Of a stretch of 12,763 nucleotides of DNA, positions 1 through 6,654 are shown piece after piece. How positions within the stretch are numbered: the stretch's first letter is position 1; each line of letters starts with the position of its first letter. The notes beneath the pieces were generated by a model. The model was given only the letters and a program-made list of their open reading frames with translations, was not told the origin of the DNA and did no database searches. Source of the DNA: Myxococcota bacterium (GTDB lineage Bacteria > Myxococcota_A > Polyangia > Polyangiales > Houyiibacteriaceae); contig JBCCEA010000063.1 in NCBI GenBank assembly GCA_039030515.1, positions 1-12,763 of the forward strand, written 5' to 3'. A program made the position numbers and the translations under genes.

Positions 1-289
1 AGCACGGTACGTGGTCTGGTTTCCTGCTGCAGTGCCGGTGGTTATGTACTGCGCTGTGCCGTGCCCGGTCTGGTTTGGGGAGGTGTTGGGAGGGCTGCAG
101 CACCGTACCCGGTCAGGTTTGGGGGAGTCCGCCAAATTCGCCAGCCTAAAACCGTACCTGGTCAGGCGTGAGGAGGCTGCAGCACCGTACCTGGTCAGGC
201 GCGGAGAGAGGCGTGAGGAGGCTGCAGCACCGTACCTGGTCAGAAGTTGCTGGTCCGGTGTGGGAAGACGCTGCAGCACCGTACCTGGT
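1..289 (+). repeat. Array of same-orientation ~23-bp direct repeats, consensus GCTGCAGCACCGTACCTGGTCAG, with G-rich, mutually related spacers; truncated at the window start
   Basis: Copies read directly: 176-198 and 221-243 (exact), 94-116 (1 mismatch), 270-289 (first 20 nt exact), 151-165 (3' 15 nt exact), 1-16 (AGCACGGTACGTGGTC, 2 mismatches, cut by the edge), and a degenerate copy at ~50-70. A 35-bp block is duplicated exactly at 164-198 and 209-243. Start-to-start spacing is about 33-54 bp. Confidence 0.93.
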
Positions 290-392
290 GCGAGCGGTGG
301 GTTTTACTGGGAGAAGACTGTCTCAGACAAATGCGGCATTTCAACTGTTTAGATGATCTCGATGAGTTACGCGCTTGGACGGTGAGAAGTTA

Positions 393-860
393 CTAATAGA
401 TGAGCTTGCCGTTCGAACTTCCCGGCAGACTGCTCTCTCCATTCTCACGAGCGCCGATATTTTCGATTACGTTGCCTCCCATATCTTCGTATCGAAAAGC
501 GTTTTGGATATGCCATGCGCTTCCGTCGTCCACACGGATAGCTACGTCGACCGGACCTGGACTGTTCTGGGTGGGCGCAATCATTGCCAAGGTCTGATCG
601 TCTAGAATCGTGACGTTCTCTGCAGGCTTGTTGCTAAAATATACTGTGTAACCGATATCTCTGCGAAAGTTCGCCCCGTGAATCTTGACGGTCGTGCCTT
701 GCAGCGCGCCCGAGCGCGGTTGCATGTCGAAAATCTGAATCTCTCCACTCTCTTGCCCACAACCTGAAAAACTCCCTGTCAGAAGGGCTCCCAACATGAG
801 GACAACCGAAGCCACTGACTTTTGACGTGTCCTAAAAAATGTAGACTGTCTCAGGCTCAT
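393..860 (-). CDS. IPT/TIG (Ig-like) domain lipoprotein, ~155 aa
   Basis: Basic N-terminus, hydrophobic stretch and lipobox-like FSG|C. These are followed by a typical IPT/TIG pattern (QPRSG...TVKIHGANF...VYF...IAP...PGPVDVAI...AFRY). ATG at 860 is preceded by GCAGGGGGCA. It is preferred over the ORF-track start at 896, which falls inside the putative -10 box. Confidence 0.8.
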   Translation of the reverse strand: MSLRQSTFFRTRQKSVASVVLMLGALLTGSFSGCGQESGEIQIFDMQPRSGALQGTTVKIHGANFRRDIGYTVYFSNKPAENVTILDDQTLAMIAPTQNSPGPVDVAIRVDDGSAWHIQNAFRYEDMGGNVIENIGARENGESSLPGSSNGKLIY

Positions 861-892
861 TGCCCCCTGCTCCACAGCTGAACTTCTGGAAA

Positions 893-922
893 ACACTACG
901 CGACCCAGTGATGAGGGGTCAA
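893..922 (-). promoter_or_regulatory. Putative sigma70-type promoter of the IPT/TIG lipoprotein gene
   Basis: The minus strand reads TTGACC (922-917), 18 nt, TAGTGT (898-893), ending 32 nt upstream of ATG 860. Confidence 0.5.
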
Positions 923-1022
923 GACCGCTCAGGGTGTGTTAGCCTGACGAAAGAGTACATGGTCTGCTGTGGACCCGTGTCCTGCGGGCGGAGCAAAGGC
1001 TGCACGAAACGACCGAGTTAGC

Positions 1023-3797
1023 GTGGCGAAAAAGAACCTTCTCCTGGTCGACGCGGATCCGCGAAGCCTTCGTGTTCTCGAAGTAAGCCTTCGAAAAGCT
1101 GGCTACAACGTCGCCTCATGTGGTGATGCGGAAGAGGCCCTCGACATGATCGGCATTGCCATGCCCGATCTGATTCTGTCCGACACGCGGCTTCCAAAAA
1201 TGGATGGGTTCCAGTTTGCCGAGGAACTCCATCGCCGCAGTGACGAAGTCGCCGAAGTCCCGTTTATGTTTCTCTCCAGCGACGGATCGGTCGAAAGCAA
1301 AGTTCGTGGTCTAGAGCTCGGAGTCGACGACTACCTCACGAAGCCCATTTACATCAAGGAGATATTAACCCGCGTCAATTTGGAGCTAACGCGGCGCCAA
1401 CGCGAGGGTATCGGACGTCAGTCGACAACCTCGGCCAAAACTCGGTTCTCAGGGTCCCTTGCAGATATGGGGCTTGTCGATTTGCTTCAAACAATCGACA
1501 TCTCTAGGAAATCAGGAGTCGCCTACCTTACGAGCGGCAGTAGCTTGCAAGGAGCCATTTCCTTTAAGGACGGCCGAATACTCGATGCAGAACTCGGATC
1601 CCTCCGAGGCGAAGCCGCTATCTACCGATTCCTAATCTGGAATGAAGGCACGTTCGATATCGAATTCCGAGACCTAGAAATCGAGAAGCAGGTTGTACAG
1701 ACGAGCACGCAAGGACTTCTCATGGAGGGTATGCGACGTGTTGACGAATGGGGTCGCATGCTGGAACAGCTTCCACCCCTAGACCGCATTTTCCAGATAG
1801 ATCACGATCAGCTTTTCGAGCGACTCGGAGAGATCCCGGACGAGATCAACACAATTCTCCGTAATTTTGACGGTCGCAATACACTGCTGGAAGTAGTCAA
1901 TGAGTCCGGAGGCGACGACCTTGAGACGCTTGCCGCGATATCCAAGCTCTACTTTGAAGGGTTGGTGTTCGATACCGGGTTTACAGGCCTTGAAGAAAAA
2001 GAAGAGTTAGACGACAGAGAGCTGGTTGGAGATGCCGGTCTTCCCGCTTCCGAACCCATCGTTCGAGACGAGGAGCTTGGGGAAACCGTCGTCCCCGGAG
2101 ATCCGTCTGCGGAGCCGGCTGGAAGCGGCACCGAAGGCACCCACGGCTTGATTGCCGATCCGGACTCTCACAAATTCTCAGACGTTACACATGAGCATGA
2201 TTCAGAGAATGCTGCAGAGCCTCTTTCCGGTTCAGCGGTGGCTCAAGAAAAAGGATCCATCCCTATTCAGCAAGAATCGAGTGCAGATGTGTCCAACGCA
2301 TCCCATAGTGATCAGGCCAGCTTGGCACATCAGGCATCCGGCGAAGACCTGGAACACGTGAGAGCCGAAGGGGCATCCATGGCCAAAAAGAGGCGGAGAC
2401 AAAAGAAGTCTAAGCGACCGACTCCCCTAGCGACGGCGAATGAAGCCGCAAACAACGTGATTCAGTTTCCTGGAGCACAGATTTCGTCAGTACCAAGAGC
2501 GGATGATCCGACACCGGTCGGCAATTCGGAACTCAGCGTAGATGCCTTGAATCAGCAGGACGAGGCTGCAACCCGAGAGTCCGGAGTGTTGCCTGCGGCG
2601 CTAAAAGATGAAGATCCGGATGAGTCGCCCTCTGCTCGCAGAAGAATGAGTCCACAGCAACGTCGTCGTGCCAAGAAGCATCGCAAGGCGAGCAAGGCGC
2701 CCTCTTCGAATGGGCAGAGCTTTGCGTCAAGTGATGATGCGTTGGCGACCCGCAGCGTGATCGCGCCATCTTCCCGCGAATCAGAAGAATCTCCAGAGGA
2801 AAACCTAAGTGATCCGCCGGAGGTCGATGAAGCAGGAGTGGAGGGCTCACCGACACCCGTGGAAGAGGCCTCTATCGTCGTCGATTCCGATTTTCAAAAT
2901 GAAGTCGCAAGACGATCCTACCCAGCTTCACCTCGCAAGAAACGCAAAAGAATCGAAGAAGACACAACTTCTTCTCAAATGATTCGGGCACTTACGGATA
3001 CTGGGATGCATAAGAGTGTCACCGAAGATTTTTTCTCGAAGCCGCCCGAAGCGCTGGATGAAGATTGGGCGGACTATGAGATTCCCGTGGCCACTCTGAG
3101 CCCGGATGCGAAGAAAGCTCGCTCTATTACGTTCATGATTTTCGTTCTGATGATCTCACTCATCGGTGGATTTGTTCTGTTCAAGAAGCTCTCCGAGCCC
3201 GACCCTGAGCCGCTTGGAGCGTTTCGTGAACTAGAAATGCCAAATGCCACCGAATCCACGGAAGCTGATTCACTAGAATCGGATTTCGCATCCGAAGAAC
3301 CCACCCGTGCCGAATCGAGTAAGCAAGCAGGCTCTTTGTCGATTGAGGAGCCGCTCGCTCCGGATTTGAGCGAATCCACTGCATCTGAAGAGTCCCCGGA
3401 GCCTGAAATCACTCCAGCTGATCTCGTCCTAGAGTCGGTATCTGAGGATTCTCCGGAATACACAGATGCGATCGATGAAGGGAAACGCTCAGAGGCACGC
3501 GGAGCGCGTCAAAAGGCAGAAGAAGCGTATCGGCGAGCGGTTGATATCGATCCTCGTGGTGCCGAGGCGCTAACGAATTTGGCGTTTCTGCTCCTTCACC
3601 GCGGAGCCAATGGCGAGGCCCGGGACCTTGCACTACGCGCTACCGATGTCGATGAAACGAGCGCTAAGGCGTGGATCACTCTTGGTGCTGCGCTACAGGC
3701 ACTTCGGCAACGTGAGCCTGCGATGGAGGCGTATCGCTCCTGTGTTGAACTGGGTCAGGGACCCATGGTCCGTGAGTGTCGCTTGATGCTTCGGTGA
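1023..3797 (+). CDS. Membrane-anchored response regulator: REC + DUF4388/PATAN + helical domain + long acidic disordered linker + single TM + C-terminal TPR domain, ~924 aa
   Basis: REC motifs: LLLVDAD, PDLILSD (phospho-Asp), FLSS, YLTKP. DUF4388 signature: FSGSLADMGLVDLLQ...KSG...G.I.F.DG.I.DA...GE.A.Y....W.EG.F. One hydrophobic segment, ITFMIFVLMISLIGGFVLF (~3125-3182). TPR-like helices: AEEAYRRAVDIDP..AEALTNLA and AKAWITLGAAL...AMEAYR. The likely start is GTG 1023 (MAKKNLLLVD), although the ORF is open from 969. Confidence 0.88.
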   Translation: MAKKNLLLVDADPRSLRVLEVSLRKAGYNVASCGDAEEALDMIGIAMPDLILSDTRLPKMDGFQFAEELHRRSDEVAEVPFMFLSSDGSVESKVRGLELGVDDYLTKPIYIKEILTRVNLELTRRQREGIGRQSTTSAKTRFSGSLADMGLVDLLQTIDISRKSGVAYLTSGSSLQGAISFKDGRILDAELGSLRGEAAIYRFLIWNEGTFDIEFRDLEIEKQVVQTSTQGLLMEGMRRVDEWGRMLEQLPPLDRIFQIDHDQLFERLGEIPDEINTILRNFDGRNTLLEVVNESGGDDLETLAAISKLYFEGLVFDTGFTGLEEKEELDDRELVGDAGLPASEPIVRDEELGETVVPGDPSAEPAGSGTEGTHGLIADPDSHKFSDVTHEHDSENAAEPLSGSAVAQEKGSIPIQQESSADVSNASHSDQASLAHQASGEDLEHVRAEGASMAKKRRRQKKSKRPTPLATANEAANNVIQFPGAQISSVPRADDPTPVGNSELSVDALNQQDEAATRESGVLPAALKDEDPDESPSARRRMSPQQRRRAKKHRKASKAPSSNGQSFASSDDALATRSVIAPSSRESEESPEENLSDPPEVDEAGVEGSPTPVEEASIVVDSDFQNEVARRSYPASPRKKRKRIEEDTTSSQMIRALTDTGMHKSVTEDFFSKPPEALDEDWADYEIPVATLSPDAKKARSITFMIFVLMISLIGGFVLFKKLSEPDPEPLGAFRELEMPNATESTEADSLESDFASEEPTRAESSKQAGSLSIEEPLAPDLSESTASEESPEPEITPADLVLESVSEDSPEYTDAIDEGKRSEARGARQKAEEAYRRAVDIDPRGAEALTNLAFLLLHRGANGEARDLALRATDVDETSAKAWITLGAALQALRQREPAMEAYRSCVELGQGPMVRECRLMLR

Positions 3798-3866
3798 TCT
3801 TTTCCGGTCGCCTACATGTTGAGGGCAGCACATGCCCCCAGTATACGGAAGAGTCACGGAGGCAAT

Positions 3867-5072
3867 TTGGAAGACGTAGTGATACTGGATGCGGTTCGAA
3901 CGCCCATCGGTCGACTGCGAGGCTCGCTTTCTGGGGTTCGACCAGACGATCTGGCTGCTCACGTGATTCGCGTCTTAGTTGATCGTCATCCAGAAGGCCC
4001 CGAGATGATCGGCGATGTCCTATTCGGCTGTACGAATCAGGCTGGAGAGGACAATCGCAATATTGCGCGTATGGCGTTGCTTTTGGCGGACTTGCCGTAC
4101 GATATCCCTGGCGTCACGGTAAACCGCCTCTGCGGATCTGGTCTTGAAGCCGTCATCCAGGGAGTGCGGATGATACGATGTGGAGATGCCCCGCTGGTGC
4201 TTTGCGGTGGCGTCGAGTCGATGACTCGGGCGCCATATTCAATGGAGAAATCGGCAGATGGATTCTCCCGGCGCCCTCCACGCATTTTCGATACGAGCCT
4301 TGGATGGCGCTATCCTAATTCCAAACTTGCCGCTAGGTTTCCTCTCGAGTCCATGGGCGAAACCGCAGAGAACGTCGCTCAAAAGTACTGTGTTTCTCGA
4401 GAAGATCAGGACCTATTTGCTTTAGAGAGCCAACGTCGTGCTGCCGCTGCGTGGGACGAGGGGCTTTTTGATGCCGAAGTGATGCCGATATTTGCTCCGG
4501 TAGCTGGAGGTAAGGGTGCTTCGCTACCACTCCAAACTGACGAGTCTATTCGACGAGACACGAGCCTAGAGAAACTAGGGGCGTTGCGCCCTGTGTTCCG
4601 TGAGGATGGTTCTGTGACCGCAGGGAACTCGTCACCATTGAATGATGGAGCCGCTGCCGTATTGCTCTGTTCGAAAACCGTCGCGGAAGAGCGTGGTTGG
4701 TCAAGCATGGCTTGCGTTTTAGGGACTGGAGCCGCTGGGGTTGAACCTAGTTTGATGGGAATTGGTCCCGTTGCCGCAACGCGAATGGCTCTGCGACGTT
4801 CGAATCTTGAAGTGGACGATCTGGACCTCGTGGAGCTCAACGAAGCATTTGCCTCTCAGAGTCTGGCTTGCATCCGTGAGCTCGGTTTCGACCACTCCCG
4901 GGTCAACGTTCAGGGAGGAGCGATCGCTCTCGGTCATCCCATCGGCTGTAGTGGAGCAAGAATTCTGGTCACTCTTTGTCACGCACTCAGAAGAAGAGGC
5001 GCTCGCTACGGAATTGCAACTCTCTGTATCGGTGTAGGGCAGGGGCTCGCGCTCGTTATCCAATCGGCTTAG
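3867..5072 (+). CDS. Acetyl-CoA C-acyltransferase (thiolase), PcaF/PaaJ-like subfamily, ~401 aa
   Basis: Thiolase motifs RTPIG, NRLCGSG (catalytic Cys), NEAF, GHPIGCSG and CIGVGQG are intact. NQAGEDNRNIARM is typical of 3-oxoadipyl-CoA thiolases (PcaF/PaaJ). The likely start is TTG 3867 after GGAGG (3858-3862); the ORF is open from ATG 3816. Confidence 0.93.
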   Translation: MEDVVILDAVRTPIGRLRGSLSGVRPDDLAAHVIRVLVDRHPEGPEMIGDVLFGCTNQAGEDNRNIARMALLLADLPYDIPGVTVNRLCGSGLEAVIQGVRMIRCGDAPLVLCGGVESMTRAPYSMEKSADGFSRRPPRIFDTSLGWRYPNSKLAARFPLESMGETAENVAQKYCVSREDQDLFALESQRRAAAAWDEGLFDAEVMPIFAPVAGGKGASLPLQTDESIRRDTSLEKLGALRPVFREDGSVTAGNSSPLNDGAAAVLLCSKTVAEERGWSSMACVLGTGAAGVEPSLMGIGPVAATRMALRRSNLEVDDLDLVELNEAFASQSLACIRELGFDHSRVNVQGGAIALGHPIGCSGARILVTLCHALRRRGARYGIATLCIGVGQGLALVIQSA

Positions 5073-6067
5073 AGGGAGAATCGGGCGACGACAGCGGCAT
5101 GGTCGCTCGCGGCCCTGACCTCAGGATTGCGTAGAATCGTGACGCCATCGACGTCGAGCCGGCGAAGCATTTGCTTGCTTGCCAAGATGTAGTCCAGCTG
5201 AGTTTGATATCGAAAGTAGGTCCAAGTCTCTGCCAATTCGACTTGTTCTGTGACCGGACCCAAGGTTTCGCCGGTGGTCAACGCTTTGAGGGTGCTTGAG
5301 TCTGGGAGATCGTTTAAGTCGCCCGCCACAATGATGTGTTCGCTGCCGTTTTGCAGATGTCCTTCGACAATGTTTCGCACATATATCGCTTCTGCCAACC
5401 GATGGTCGTCCCCTCCGTTGATCATTGACCGCAGATGCAGGTTCACTAAGAGAATAGGGATTCCTGCGGGTGATACCGCGATCTCCAAAGCATCACGTGC
5501 GAAATGGTAGAATCTTGTTTTGCTCTCGTTTGGGAAACGTTCTCCCAGATGGGAACCAACATGATGAGTCGGTAGTTTGGAAATGAAGGCAACGTCGATG
5601 CCTCTCGGATCGGACCCTTCGAACAAACCCCACTCCACATATCCCATTCCTGCCAGGGGTCCGGTTGCCAAGCGAGTAAGCAGTTCGTTGTGCTCGACCT
5701 CCTGCAGCAAAACGACATCGGCATTTGCCCGGCGCAAGACCTTCCCAATAGAGTCCAACTTGGATTCAACCTCCGCTGCCGAAGCTAGGTCATCGCTTTT
5801 GGCCGGATCATCGAATTCGTCGAAGAGATTAAAGCAATTCCAGGTCAGGAGAGTGAAGTCTCTCCCCTGCAGTGCCACAGATCGGTCCCTTGCAGAATCT
5901 ACCTCTGCCGACTCTGTCCCGGTACAACCGATGCCCGAGCAGATCAGTATGCTTGCCGTGATTATGGCGGTCCCAATCTGATGACTCTGAGAGGGGAGGC
6001 TGCCGCGAGAGTGAATATTACGAGAGTTGATCATACAAAGCCGCAGTTGCGAGTTCGTCACAACCAT
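5069..6067 (-). CDS. Endonuclease/exonuclease/phosphatase (EEP) family protein, probable exported lipoprotein
   Basis: EEP motifs TWNCFNLFD, LQEVE, GIDVAF, NLHLRS, AGDLND, LDYIL and SDH. Hydrophobic stretch with lipobox-like SGIG|C near the N-terminus. The start is uncertain (ATG 6067 or ATG 6034). Its stop codon interlocks with the thiolase stop (the convergent CDSs share TTAG, 5069-5072). Confidence 0.88.
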   Translation of the reverse strand: MVVTNSQLRLCMINSRNIHSRGSLPSQSHQIGTAIITASILICSGIGCTGTESAEVDSARDRSVALQGRDFTLLTWNCFNLFDEFDDPAKSDDLASAAEVESKLDSIGKVLRRANADVVLLQEVEHNELLTRLATGPLAGMGYVEWGLFEGSDPRGIDVAFISKLPTHHVGSHLGERFPNESKTRFYHFARDALEIAVSPAGIPILLVNLHLRSMINGGDDHRLAEAIYVRNIVEGHLQNGSEHIIVAGDLNDLPDSSTLKALTTGETLGPVTEQVELAETWTYFRYQTQLDYILASKQMLRRLDVDGVTILRNPEVRAASDHAAVVARFSL

Positions 6068-6441
6068 TCGAGGAGTCGCCGTGCGCGCTGCTCCGAGGAA
6101 TCGATTAACTTCGCAGCTTCTTCTCCCGGGATGTTTAACTTCCTTACGAGTTCTTCCAAGATGACGCGTTCCTCGGACGACTGCTCACCGTCCACATAGG
6201 AGAGGACCACTGCATGCTGCAGAAGCATTCTTCGATCGTGAGTCGAGAGCTCTGTCAATGGCACTTCCTCCAAAGAACGAGGTTCCCTTGAGTATACTCG
6301 GATCGCCTCCGAATCTTCCTCAGAGAGCCGAAAAGCACTGATGAGCGCCTCGATGACTTCTGACTCTCCAGCGTCCACACGTCCGTCTGCCCATGCCACG
6401 GCGACCAAGGATTTGACCATGGCTTCTTGGTGATCTTCCAT
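6058..6441 (-). CDS. TerB-like (tellurite resistance TerB family) protein, ~127 aa
   Basis: Two pseudo-repeated TerB metal-binding motifs: VAWADGRVDAGESEVI and LSYVDGEQSSEERVIL. ATG 6441 is preceded by an AAAGGAA RBS-like sequence (6457-6451). Confidence 0.85.
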   Translation of the reverse strand: MEDHQEAMVKSLVAVAWADGRVDAGESEVIEALISAFRLSEEDSEAIRVYSREPRSLEEVPLTELSTHDRRMLLQHAVVLSYVDGEQSSEERVILEELVRKLNIPGEEAAKLIDSSEQRARRLLEWL

Positions 6442-6654
6442 AGACGTCCATTCCTTTCGACGGTTGGTGCGCGCCAACCAAACTGACTAGCATGTCCGTT
6501 TCTGAAATGACATCTGCGCAAGCACTCAAGTGCACCCGCGGCAAAGCGGCATGGCTGTTCTCTTCGCACGGTTGAAGTGGCTGTTTGACCGTAACGTTCG
6601 TGTTGAGGCAATGCATGGGTGGTATGAGATGTCACAACAGCGTAAGGTGCCTTC

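Noticed and set aside
77..125. G-quadruplex from G-runs at 77-80, 88-90, 92-94 and 121-125
   Set aside because: The last loop is ~26 nt, so this is not a canonical motif; G-richness alone is insufficient.
94..289. CRISPR array interpretation of the repeats
   Set aside because: Spacers are short and irregular (about 10-26 nt), similar to one another and partly duplicated. There is no AT-rich leader and no cas gene in the window.
11..356. ORFs 11-352 (AAAPYLVR repeats) and 168-356 (RRLQHRTWS repeats) as genes or RiPP precursors for TldD/E
   Set aside because: Repeat copies fall in different reading frames because several periods are not multiples of 3, so the peptides are shadows of the DNA repeat. 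No RiPP modification enzymes are nearby.
315..854. 12-bp repeat AGACTGTCTCAG at 315-326 and 843-854 as a target-site duplication or att site
   Set aside because: A few 12-mer matches are expected by chance in 12.7 kb. The second copy is inside a CDS, and no recombinase is present.
2931..2951. PRKKRKR as a eukaryotic nuclear localisation signal (effector)
   Set aside because: It lies in the predicted cytoplasmic linker of a membrane-anchored bacterial protein, with no evidence of secretion.
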